64,000 bases of DNA. Source: Nanobdellota archaeon (GTDB lineage: Archaea; Nanobdellota; Nanobdellia; Woesearchaeales; JAHIVG01). Below are positions 47,233 to 56,619 of the stretch, piece by piece. The notes under the pieces are model-generated. The model had not been told where the DNA came from, ran no database searches, and worked only from the letters and a program-made list of their open reading frames with translations. The position numbers and the translations under genes were made by a program. The number at the start of each line of letters is the position of its first letter. The stretch's first letter is position 1. The DNA lies in the NCBI GenBank assembly GCA_043806015.1, contig JAZDHH010000007.1, positions 115,698 through 179,697 of the forward strand. Reading direction: 5' to 3'.

Positions 47233-50200
47233 CTAAGAAGACACTGAGACCGAAATGGTCTCAGCATCCTCATAATCATCATTCCAAGCTCGGGCAGTAA
47301 CATTATAGTATCCGTCAACAGAATAATTCGTGACCACGTACACGAGCCTTGTGCTGTTGGCAGGCAGGTCAAAATCAGTTATGCCGGTGTCCAAGGTGAC
47401 GCGCAAAAAAGGATGCTGGGTGTCATAATAAGACTCCTTGGAACGCGTCGAGACATAATCACCGGCGTTATCGGCATTCGACTCCGTAACGACATAAATC
47501 GAGAGATTGTTGGTGCCAAGCTCAACCTCAGCCTTCAGCATGTCAACGACCGAAAAGTTCAACGCCGACGGCGCGTCGCCGTCATCATACCTCAACCAAG
47601 AACCATAACCGGACAAAGAATATCCTACGGGATATAGCGGCCTGTTGTCCCACGTCACCGACGACTCATTCCATTCCGAACCGCTGATATTATACTCGGG
47701 GAAAGGATAAACCCTGTAAGGCGTCAGATTAACCCACTCACCCGCCTCCAAATTGTCCTCATAGGCATACAAGAAAAGCTCAGCAGCCACGATATCATCT
47801 CCATCATCAACAAAATCATAAAGGCTGGAAATGTCAAACTTGTACATGCCCCTTCGATCATTACCGCTATACGCCCCGAAATGCGCATAAGGCTCGCTGC
47901 CAAAATTGCCGCTCGAATCCGCCGACTTCACCATCGCGTCATCAGACGGCAAAAAAGTCAAGTACTTCGAGACAAGCTTCTCATCAGTATCCAGGCTCCA
48001 CTTCACGCCATCAACACTCTCATTGCCATCATTAACAATCCTGAACGAAAAAACGACCCGTTCGTTCCCCCTATTTTCCACTTCCCACAAATCGCGGACA
48101 TCAGGAAGATTGGCATAAAAATAACCCGACATGTTCACCAAAGTGCCATTGGAATGATGGACCCAGAAAGTGAAATTATGCCTGCCTGAATCTGTAGGGA
48201 CGAACCCATTATAATAGATATCAGTATTAGAAGGATTGGATTCCAAATTCAGCAAGGTGCTATAGTTCCTCCTGGAAGAATCAGGAGGCGAACTCACCTC
48301 GACGACAACCTCATCAACTCTCGCCGGACAAGGCCAAGAAGGCGGCGAGACATTGACAGAGAGATTCACTATTCCCCCCTCAAGATCGCCGTGATGAGAC
48401 GCATTGACACTATTGATCACCGCAGAACGGCTCTTATTCAGGCAGACATAGGAATAATAAACCTCGCGGTCAGCGTGCGTCCAGATATAATCCAGCGTTG
48501 TATTGGGATACTCGATCATCGCAGGATTGCTGTCATCCGCGGCATGATTTGTCAACCTCGAATGATCCCAATAAGTATTAACACCATCATTAGGATTTGT
48601 CGAATTTGAATGCACAATCTCATTGTTCCCATATGCCTCATCCTGGCCATCCGCATAATACATCAGATGGATATTGCTAGCCCGATCATAAGAAGCCTGA
48701 ACACGCCAAGCATCATAATCCCAATCTTCCTTGTATAAGTAAATCGCGCCACCTGGGCGCCAAGTTTCGCCGTAATCAGACGAATTGGTAAACCAGATAT
48801 AGTATCCATGGTTGGGGTTCATTTTTTTGTGCCATGCAACAACAAGGTGGTCGGGAGAATTTGGATCGATCGCCAAAGATGGCCGATAAGCGTCAGTAGC
48901 GGTAGTAACATCCTCCGAAATCGCTTCCTCATCCGACCACACATTCCCCTCATCTTCAGATTTGATGAACATTATCCGGTGATGGCCTCCAGATTGCAAA
49001 TAATCATCCACATCTTCATAGGCTGCATATAACAAAAACGCATCCCTGTCAGCAGCGATTGTGGGCGCATAATCCGAAAAGACATCATCAGTCAAGTTTT
49101 CCCACTCGTGATACCAATGAGTACCATGAGACTGGGACCCCCTGAATAGGATCTCAGCGCTATCAGTCTCCAAAGGCGGGTAAGGCCACCGGGCGATGAC
49201 ACTCATCATAACACTAGATACTGACAATGAAGGCCACCAGAGATTAGAGCTGTCGTTAGTCCTATTCCAATCGCTATAACCGTCCTCCCAATCACTGTGA
49301 TACGTACCATTCAGGGTGCAGGCCACCAGGAGGTCAACGCCATTTGTGCCTAAAGCCGGAAAAAGACAAACCTGCGTTTCAGGAGCAATGTCAGGATCCT
49401 CAATCTTCTGCACAGTCCAGCTGCCGCCATTATCAAGCGAATAGGCATGGAAACCCTCAGCACCAATGTCGTCAAATCCCCCCTTGGAACAGTTGGAAAA
49501 AACCGCGTGCACATTCCCATTACCATCCCGGACAATGCTCCGCTTGGCGTTATAATTGGTCATGTTATCACAATAAGTATAACTGGTATAAAGCTCCCTC
49601 ACCTTCGACTTCAGATAGATGTCCAGAAAAGGCCTCTGATCCCTATAATCAGTTTCCTTCGAGCGCGTCTTCACAAGATCAGTGGAACTCATACTCCCCG
49701 CGGCCGTGAAGGCCTTCACAAGAACAGACAGGTTGTCATCACCATCACCGACCTCATCTTTCACCATGTCAGTAACATTAAAACTCATCCAAAAAGGCGT
49801 TTGCCCATCAGCAGTGTCCCCGCCAGCTATAACCCAGCTATCCTCAGCAACACCATTGTATTCGTGATCAGAATCATCAGGCCTATTATTCCAGGTCACC
49901 GACGAATCATCCCACTCCAAATCGCTGACATTATAATCCGGATAAGAATACACGTGATGCGCATCCAAACGGATAGCCTCATCATCCGCCAAAGTGTCAT
50001 CATAAGCCCACAAATTGAGCTCGGCATACACGACATCGTCCTCATCAGCGCCGAAAATGCCATCCACCTGCGCCAGGTCAAACTTATACATGCCAAAATA
50101 CCTTGACGAGTCAGCTGTAACAGAGCAATAATTAATATAAGCCTCCCCACCATAATTTACGTAAGGAGCATCCTCATAAAGCAGACTATCATCCATGACC

Positions 50201-50925
50201 TCCCCGGCAAAAGAACCGTATTCGGCAAGCTGCAGGCGATGCCTCGCGACCGTGGGATCATCAACAGTGACAAGCAGATAAGGTTTGCCGGACATGCCAG
50301 TTTCCGATGAACGCGTTTTCACATAATTATCATAATCCGGGCTCCCGGAATCAGTCACGGCCTTGACAAGGAAACTGACATTACGGTCATCTTGAAGCAT
50401 TTCCTCAACAACCGCGCCAGTAACAGTGAAATTCATCCACTGCCTGCCATCACCATTACTATAAACCCAGCTGTCCAAAACACTGCTGTGCTCAGACTCA
50501 AAATCAGGGCGGTTAAGCCAATTGACACGAATCCCATTCCACTCAACACCATCAACAGAATAATCAGGATAAGAATACACGTGATACGCATTCAACTCGA
50601 CAGCCTCGCCGATGTCCAAAGTCTCATCATAAGCATAGATAAAAAGAACAGCCTCCGTCACATCAGCCGGATCAGCATCCAGCCCTGTCAAATCAAACTT
50701 GTACATGCCGTAACGCTGATGTTCCTCAGCAGGACAATAATGGATAAAGGCTGACTCGTAAAAACTGGTGCCAGGCTCATCCTCCTTCAGCATGGTATCA
50801 TCCAAAACATCGTCACGCAGCGGAATAGAATACACCGCACCACAAACAGAGCCAACACCGGACAGCAGGAAAACAACCAGCACAAAAAACATCAGAAACC
50901 TATAGAGAACCCTAGACGTCGCCAT
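47233..50925 (-). CDS. Secreted 1230-aa mosaic protein with three DNRLRE/CBM96-like modules and BNR (Asp-box) repeats
   Basis: Signal peptide. Three repeats of ...GMYKFD(L/I)...(V/I)(N/T)W.NRP.... BNR motifs SLDNGGSW, SEDEGNVW and SSDYGETW. Confidence 0.6.
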   Translation of the reverse strand: MATSRVLYRFLMFFVLVVFLLSGVGSVCGAVYSIPLRDDVLDDTMLKEDEPGTSFYESAFIHYCPAEEHQRYGMYKFDLTGLDADPADVTEAVLFIYAYDETLDIGEAVELNAYHVYSYPDYSVDGVEWNGIRVNWLNRPDFESEHSSVLDSWVYSNGDGRQWMNFTVTGAVVEEMLQDDRNVSFLVKAVTDSGSPDYDNYVKTRSSETGMSGKPYLLVTVDDPTVARHRLQLAEYGSFAGEVMDDSLLYEDAPYVNYGGEAYINYCSVTADSSRYFGMYKFDLAQVDGIFGADEDDVVYAELNLWAYDDTLADDEAIRLDAHHVYSYPDYNVSDLEWDDSSVTWNNRPDDSDHEYNGVAEDSWVIAGGDTADGQTPFWMSFNVTDMVKDEVGDGDDNLSVLVKAFTAAGSMSSTDLVKTRSKETDYRDQRPFLDIYLKSKVRELYTSYTYCDNMTNYNAKRSIVRDGNGNVHAVFSNCSKGGFDDIGAEGFHAYSLDNGGSWTVQKIEDPDIAPETQVCLFPALGTNGVDLLVACTLNGTYHSDWEDGYSDWNRTNDSSNLWWPSLSVSSVMMSVIARWPYPPLETDSAEILFRGSQSHGTHWYHEWENLTDDVFSDYAPTIAADRDAFLLYAAYEDVDDYLQSGGHHRIMFIKSEDEGNVWSDEEAISEDVTTATDAYRPSLAIDPNSPDHLVVAWHKKMNPNHGYYIWFTNSSDYGETWRPGGAIYLYKEDWDYDAWRVQASYDRASNIHLMYYADGQDEAYGNNEIVHSNSTNPNDGVNTYWDHSRLTNHAADDSNPAMIEYPNTTLDYIWTHADREVYYSYVCLNKSRSAVINSVNASHHGDLEGGIVNLSVNVSPPSWPCPARVDEVVVEVSSPPDSSRRNYSTLLNLESNPSNTDIYYNGFVPTDSGRHNFTFWVHHSNGTLVNMSGYFYANLPDVRDLWEVENRGNERVVFSFRIVNDGNESVDGVKWSLDTDEKLVSKYLTFLPSDDAMVKSADSSGNFGSEPYAHFGAYSGNDRRGMYKFDISSLYDFVDDGDDIVAAELFLYAYEDNLEAGEWVNLTPYRVYPFPEYNISGSEWNESSVTWDNRPLYPVGYSLSGYGSWLRYDDGDAPSALNFSVVDMLKAEVELGTNNLSIYVVTESNADNAGDYVSTRSKESYYDTQHPFLRVTLDTGITDFDLPANSTRLVYVVTNYSVDGYYNVTARAWNDDYEDAETISVSVSS

Positions 50926-51031
50926 GATACCATCCTCCCCCCCTTTTTTTATAAAAAACCAAGAGAGGTTTCATCATTCCGCAAGTAATATAAAAACCTT
51001 TCGAAAAAAGAACAAGGGAAAAAAAAAGGAA

Positions 51032-51589
51032 TCACCTATACAAAGCCTTGATCGCGCCCCAACTGTCGGACTGCAGGGGAGTGGACCCGGTCACAGACTG
51101 CAACTCAACCCTCAGGCCGCCGTGCAGCAACGCGTCAATGATCCGGACGAGGTCTTCCGGGATCACTTCATCACTATTCACGCCGTTGAGGTAAACGCTT
51201 TGCACAGGAACAGGGCTGTTGCCGAATGCCCCGGTCTCCAGGATTTTCTGTTCCGATGGCTGGTTCACGCTTACATGGCTAAAAGGATAGGCCATCAGCC
51301 CGGGGTTGAGGTCCTGCCTCAGCTGGACCCCCAAGCATTCCACGAGGCCGCCTGCGCCTTGGTCCCTGAACAGGTACGTGAAGCCGCTGTTGTGCTCGAC
51401 GGGCTCCAGCCCATATGCACCGAGCGCTTCATAGAGGCTCGCAAGCAGATCATGCTGCTCCATCATGGCCCCTGCGACTGAAGTTGTGGGCTTCACCCCA
51501 GAACCTTCAACTGCTGCAGCACCTACAGGCGCCGCTGCCAAAAGTCCGGTCAAAGCCAAATGTTTCATCATAGGTTTCATTCTGACCAA
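51032..51589 (-). CDS. Small secreted protein
   Basis: Signal peptide, 185 aa. Its start overlaps the stop of the upstream paralog. Confidence 0.4.
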   Translation of the reverse strand: MVRMKPMMKHLALTGLLAAAPVGAAAVEGSGVKPTTSVAGAMMEQHDLLASLYEALGAYGLEPVEHNSGFTYLFRDQGAGGLVECLGVQLRQDLNPGLMAYPFSHVSVNQPSEQKILETGAFGNSPVPVQSVYLNGVNSDEVIPEDLVRIIDALLHGGLRVELQSVTGSTPLQSDSWGAIKALYR

Positions 51590-52656
51590 CCTCCCTCTAC
51601 CATCGAAGTCAAGATCTTCCCGCCGCCACCGGACGGCGGAATGACTAGGCCTCCCACATGAACATGCAGATCCCTGATGTTGTTGCTCTCATCATACTCG
51701 TCGATGAGATCCTCATAGTCAACGAAGACCTCTGGAAAGTAATCGCCCGAGGCAGGATAGCTCCAGAGCTCGTACACCGTCATGAAATCGCCAGCAGCCA
51801 GGGAAATCGGCTGGTTATTGTACAGATAGGCGGGCTCACCCTGCGTGGCGACCTTGTAATAGATGTCCTCGAGGTCTTCATCGCCGAGGTTGCTGAGCCT
51901 GAACTGGAACAGGATGTCATCGCCGGCAACAGGGTTTTGGGGATAGACCGCGCTGAAATCGGTCACCGCAACATCGCTGCCAGAGCCCTGATAATGTATC
52001 CGGAGTAATGGGCGCTGGTCATCGTGGATGGACTCCTTCGAGCGGGTCTTCAAATAGTCGCCGGAGCTGTGGCCGCTGATCTGATCGGTGACTATGAAGA
52101 CAGACAGGTTGTGGTCGCCCTCCATGAACTCTGTCTTGACCATGTCGGTGACATCGAAAGGAAGCCAGACATCCGGAGAGTTATTCCCGCAGAACACAGT
52201 GGAATCCGAAGGGGCCGTGTCATATTCTGAAGAGGACGCCGGCCTGTTGCCCCACGTCACCGAATACTCGTCCCACTCGAGGCCGCCGATCTGATAGGCC
52301 GGATAGGAATAGATGTGATGGGAGGACATGGTGACGCACTCGTCATCCCTGTCCAAGGTCTCATAGTAGGCATACAGGTTAAGCTCGGCGCTGATGATGT
52401 CATCGGCATTGCCAATCGCGGTGTACAGTTGGGACAGGTCGAATTTGAAAAGCGCCTGCCTCTGCGAATAAAAAGCGGAGCAGAAATGGACAAAGGTCTC
52501 ATGCCCGTAATTGGCGTCGGGATACCTCGCCCATAGCTGCGCATCGTCCAGGTTCTCTGTGTCAGCGTCCTGCAGCACCAGCGTCCCGGCAACAGCGATG
52601 CCTGAACAGGACAGCAACGCCGCCACCATCACCACAAACACCGCGTAAGCATTCAT
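51577..52656 (-). CDS. Secreted DNRLRE-like plus CARDB-domain surface protein, paralog 1
   Basis: Signal peptide, a YKFDLSQLY...VTWGNRP...KTRSKESIHDDQRPLL module, a CARDB-like stretch (...SNLG...E.DESNN...) and a C-terminal GGGGKILTSMVEGGWSE tail. Confidence 0.6.
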   Translation of the reverse strand: MNAYAVFVVMVAALLSCSGIAVAGTLVLQDADTENLDDAQLWARYPDANYGHETFVHFCSAFYSQRQALFKFDLSQLYTAIGNADDIISAELNLYAYYETLDRDDECVTMSSHHIYSYPAYQIGGLEWDEYSVTWGNRPASSSEYDTAPSDSTVFCGNNSPDVWLPFDVTDMVKTEFMEGDHNLSVFIVTDQISGHSSGDYLKTRSKESIHDDQRPLLRIHYQGSGSDVAVTDFSAVYPQNPVAGDDILFQFRLSNLGDEDLEDIYYKVATQGEPAYLYNNQPISLAAGDFMTVYELWSYPASGDYFPEVFVDYEDLIDEYDESNNIRDLHVHVGGLVIPPSGGGGKILTSMVEGGWSE

Positions 52657-53720
52657 TCGGAACCACCTTCCATCATGGTAAACAATTTTCCGCCGTGATG
52701 GTGGAAAGGCAGGACGCTCCCGACCTGCACCATCAGATTCCGGTAGTTGTTCGACTCATTGAACTCGGCAATGGTGTCCCCGTAGTCCGCGACAACCTCC
52801 GGATAAAAGATCCCCGGGTTGGAATAGCGCCAATTCTCATAGACGATGATGAAATCGCCCGCATCCAAAGAGATCGGCTGGGAATTATAAAGATGGGGAG
52901 GCTCGCCGCGGGTGGCTACCCGGTAATACACGTTTTCAAGGTCTTCAGTGCCAAGGTTGCTGAGCCTGAACTCGAAAAGGATGTTATTGCCCACGACAGG
53001 ATTGCTGGGATACACCTTGCTGAAATCGGTCACCGCAACATCATTGCCGCCGGCCTCATAGGTGATGAGCAGAAAGGGCCGCACGTCGGAAAAATAGGAT
53101 TCCTTTGACCGAACCCTCAAAAGGTCGTCAGGGCTCGTGCCTTCGATTTCAGATGTCATCATGTAGATGGAGACGTTCATGTCACCCTCCGAGAATTCCT
53201 GCCTCACCATTCCGGTCACGTTGAACGGCAGCCACTCATTCAATGCCATGCCGTCGCAAAAGAGGCCTGTGTCTTCAGCAGCGGGATTGTACTCAGAAGG
53301 CAGGACTGGCCGGTTCCCCCATGTCACGGAAAGCTCGTCCCACTCGAGGCCCTCGACCTGGTATGAGGGGTAGGAGTAGGCGTGGTGGGCGGACATCTCG
53401 ACGCACTCATTCTCTTCGAAAGTCTCCTCGTATGCGTAGAGGTAAAGCTCGGCGCTGCCTATCTGGAAGGCATCGTCTATGAGGGGATAAAGCTGTGACA
53501 GGTCGAACTTGTACATGCCGAACCTCTGATAGTCCGGGGAAGAGCTGAAGAGGATATACGGCTCAGTGCCGTAGTTCTCATCAGGGGTCCACTCCCTGAG
53601 CATTGTGTCAGCAAAGGTCTCTGTGTCGGCGTCCTGCAGGGCCAGGGTGTAGGTGAAAGCCAACGCTGGAGCGGTGCACACCATGAGGACAATCATGAAT
53701 AAGACAGACTTTTCCGTCAT
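52653..53720 (-). CDS. Secreted DNRLRE-like plus CARDB-domain surface protein, paralog 2
   Basis: Same architecture as paralog 1, with a HHGGKLFTMMEGGSE tail. Confidence 0.6.
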   Translation of the reverse strand: MTEKSVLFMIVLMVCTAPALAFTYTLALQDADTETFADTMLREWTPDENYGTEPYILFSSSPDYQRFGMYKFDLSQLYPLIDDAFQIGSAELYLYAYEETFEENECVEMSAHHAYSYPSYQVEGLEWDELSVTWGNRPVLPSEYNPAAEDTGLFCDGMALNEWLPFNVTGMVRQEFSEGDMNVSIYMMTSEIEGTSPDDLLRVRSKESYFSDVRPFLLITYEAGGNDVAVTDFSKVYPSNPVVGNNILFEFRLSNLGTEDLENVYYRVATRGEPPHLYNSQPISLDAGDFIIVYENWRYSNPGIFYPEVVADYGDTIAEFNESNNYRNLMVQVGSVLPFHHHGGKLFTMMEGGSE

Positions 53721-54766
53721 ATAGACTCACCCCCATCCATAACAGAATGATACTTGCCGCCGCCATGCAGGGGTGGCGGAGGAACAGCCGTACCGATGAG
53801 GACTGGCAAGCGTCTCATGTTGTTGGTCACATTGAGGTCCTCATAGTCGACGATGACCTCAGGCATGAAAGATCCAGCCGAGCCGTAGCTCCAGAGCTCA
53901 TACACATCCACGAAATCGCCCACCGCCAGAGAGATAGGCTCTGTGTTGGAGAAAAAAGGGGGCTCACCCCTCGTGTTCACCTGATAATAGATGCCCTCAA
54001 GGCCAGTTGTGCCAAGGTTGCTGAGCCTGAACCGGAACAGGATGTCATCGCCGACAACAGGGTTTTGGGGATAGACCGCGCTGAAATCGGTCACGGCCAC
54101 ATCGCCGCCGCCGCCCTCATAGGTTATCAATAGATAAGGACGCTGGTCCTCATGGATGGACTCCTTCGAGCGGGTCTTCACATAGTCGCCGGAGCTGTGG
54201 CCAATGAACTCGTCAGTGGCTATGTAGATGGATACATTCTTGTCTCCTTGCAGGAACTCTTGCTTGACCATGCCGGTCACATTGAAAGGCAGCCACACCT
54301 CAGAAGGCATGCGATTACAGAACAGGATCATGTCTTCAGGAGCAGGATTGATGGCGGATGATACCGGCTTGGTGTCCCAAGTCACAAGCATCTCCTCCCA
54401 CTCGCTGCCGTTGACCTGGTAGAAGGGATAAGAATAGACGTGATGGGCGAACATGTTGACGCACTCGTCATCGTCCAAGGTCTCATTGTAGGCATAGAGC
54501 AAGAGCTCCGCGCTGAGGATATCATCGGCATCATCAACAAGGCCGTAAAGGTACGCCAGGCCGAACTTGTAAATCCCCTGTCTCTGCGAAGAGGGGGCAG
54601 AGCAGTAATTCACGAACGGCTCGCTCCCATAATTCTGACTGTGATACTGCTCTCTTACCTGCACATCTCCGAGGTCCACTCTGTCGACATACTGCAGCCC
54701 ATAAGCAGGCGCAAATCCCGCGCAGGCAAATGCACAAATCAATAGCATAATAGCCCGTATATTCAT
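53717..54766 (-). CDS. Secreted DNRLRE-like plus CARDB-domain surface protein, paralog 3
   Basis: Starts at MNIRAIMLLICAF; the longer track ORF that begins at 54916 runs through the repeat element. Carries a HGGGKYHSVMDGGESI tail. Confidence 0.6.
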   Translation of the reverse strand: MNIRAIMLLICAFACAGFAPAYGLQYVDRVDLGDVQVREQYHSQNYGSEPFVNYCSAPSSQRQGIYKFGLAYLYGLVDDADDILSAELLLYAYNETLDDDECVNMFAHHVYSYPFYQVNGSEWEEMLVTWDTKPVSSAINPAPEDMILFCNRMPSEVWLPFNVTGMVKQEFLQGDKNVSIYIATDEFIGHSSGDYVKTRSKESIHEDQRPYLLITYEGGGGDVAVTDFSAVYPQNPVVGDDILFRFRLSNLGTTGLEGIYYQVNTRGEPPFFSNTEPISLAVGDFVDVYELWSYGSAGSFMPEVIVDYEDLNVTNNMRRLPVLIGTAVPPPPLHGGGKYHSVMDGGESI

Positions 54767-54840
54767 TGTATCAACCCGATTATACCTATTAAGTGATGAA
54801 AAAGTAAGACTCCTTAATAAATGTTTTGTTGAAGAAGGTA

Positions 54841-54935
54841 GCGAGATGGGTAATGCGTGAGGTTTCGCATAAAAATAGGTTCTGACCGGAAGTTTTTGGT
54901 GCCTTTTGCAGGTCATCCATAGTCAAAAAGCGGTG
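54841..54935 (-). repeat. Copy B of the inverted repeat of about 95 bp
   Basis: Reverse complement of the 41821-41915 element. It lies in the upstream leader of paralog 3. Confidence 0.8.
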
Positions 54936-55377
54936 TGATGAGATTACAAGGGGCATAGCGTTCCAGCTGGTTTCCATAAGCTTGAGTTCACAAGTTGCAA
55001 TGGCAGGTATTCCACGTTTATACAGAGTACGTACTCAGCGAATAAAACGCTTGTTCGCCTCGCATAACCTCTTGTGCGGGTAGTCCTTTGAGATGCTGTA
55101 GGTTCTCCTTCATCAACAAGGTTGGTCGTCCGCTCCGCTTGTGCATCGGGAGCGGCAAGCCGCTCTTTTGACGCTGAATCCAAAGAAAACAGCCGGCTGA
55201 ATGCAATCGACGAGATTCGCGATCCCTTGCTTCTTTTTGCCAGGTGCCCATTTGTTCACAGCTACGAACTCACTTTTACGCAACCGCCTCGGCCCTGACG
55301 CTTCATCTTCCTGATCGAGAAGAGGGATATTAAAAAGCTTCAAAACATTTATAATCCCTAGGCCTATAAAACTCGCT

Positions 55378-56619
55378 ATGAAAAGGGGCGCGAACCAGGT
55401 CGACTGGGCCATCAGCATGTTCATCTTCCTCCTGTACCTCTTCTGGTTCTTCCTGCTCATCCAGCCGAGGATCAACCCAACGAAGGACGTCAACACCGTC
55501 TTGTCATTCGTCAAGGAGGGCTTCCTCGATGACACCCAATGGGAAGTGCAGAAAGCGCCGATCATCATCCGAGCCAATGATTCCGAGGTCAACGTTCCCA
55601 TCAGGGTCGCTGCACCGAACTGGACCCTCGCTCAGATGTCGCTGAACCCGACGGTCTTCCTCGCCTTGGACGAGGCCGAGCTGGTCTTCATCGGCAACAT
55701 CAGCCCAAGCAAGAGCTATGCCCTGGTGCATTCGGCAGCAGAATATGGCAACCCGTATCCCTTGCCGGCGGTCATCGCCGACGACCTGGACGTCACCGTG
55801 CCTGGCCAGGGCGTCAAGGCCTCTATGAACAGCTCCCTGCCAGGGGTCATCTCCTACAACGGCACCCGGCTGTACAGCCTCGACCTGCTCCAGAACAACC
55901 AACCCGTACCCCGGACGGAGAGCGAGATGAACATCACGCCGATCTTCGCCAAGTACAAGCTCATCGAGGACGGCTGGAACATCAGCACCTATTTCTACAT
56001 GCAGCGCCGCGAGGTTTGGTTCACGCTGCGCTACGGCACCGCCCGGCCGAGGCTCACCCTCACCGCCCAGCTCTATCCGTATCCGGACTATTTCGCCAAC
56101 AACCGCGACCAGGGCAGTCTCAACTATACCGAGGAGACCTGCGCCAACCTGTCCACAGACAGCATCGATCTCTACGGCGGATCTGGGTTCCAGCTCCTTT
56201 TCGACCGGGAAGTGAACATCTCCCTCTGCGCTGAGAACTCCTCTCGCCTGTTCGTCAACGCCACGTTCTTCAACGTGAGCGAGTTCCGCTTCATCATGCA
56301 TGAAGGCGATTATCAGAATCGCGAGACCAGGCTGCACAAGCATGTCGCCCTGCTCGGCTCCTTCGAGACCCTGACCGGCGTCCGGTGGGAGAATGTTTCC
56401 GCCGTGAACGCGACAAGCCATACGGCCCTCAAGCAGCGCTGGTCCATCCCACTCGAGCGGGACTTCTCTTTCATCATCAAGAATGCCTCGCAGACCTTTG
56501 TGGAGCACAACATGACCTCTCCCCCGAAGACGCAGGTCTACGCGGTCACCGAGCCGCTCCTGGTCCTCGGGCAAGATGCAAGCACCAACAGCACATCAAT
56601 CACCTATCGCGCATGGTAA
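55378..56619 (+). CDS. Archaeal type IV pilin-like surface protein, heavily N-glycosylation-sequon-rich
   Basis: N-terminal MKRGANQVDWAISMFIFLLYLF resembles a class III (prepilin) signal peptide. The 413-aa protein has about 18 N-x-S/T sequons. Confidence 0.5.
   Translation: MKRGANQVDWAISMFIFLLYLFWFFLLIQPRINPTKDVNTVLSFVKEGFLDDTQWEVQKAPIIIRANDSEVNVPIRVAAPNWTLAQMSLNPTVFLALDEAELVFIGNISPSKSYALVHSAAEYGNPYPLPAVIADDLDVTVPGQGVKASMNSSLPGVISYNGTRLYSLDLLQNNQPVPRTESEMNITPIFAKYKLIEDGWNISTYFYMQRREVWFTLRYGTARPRLTLTAQLYPYPDYFANNRDQGSLNYTEETCANLSTDSIDLYGGSGFQLLFDREVNISLCAENSSRLFVNATFFNVSEFRFIMHEGDYQNRETRLHKHVALLGSFETLTGVRWENVSAVNATSHTALKQRWSIPLERDFSFIIKNASQTFVEHNMTSPPKTQVYAVTEPLLVLGQDASTNSTSITYRAW

Noticed and set aside
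55113-55601. 162-aa minus-strand ORF upstream of and overlapping the pilin-like gene.
   Set aside because: It overlaps the well-supported plus-strand gene start and its upstream region. It has no features and is probably spurious.
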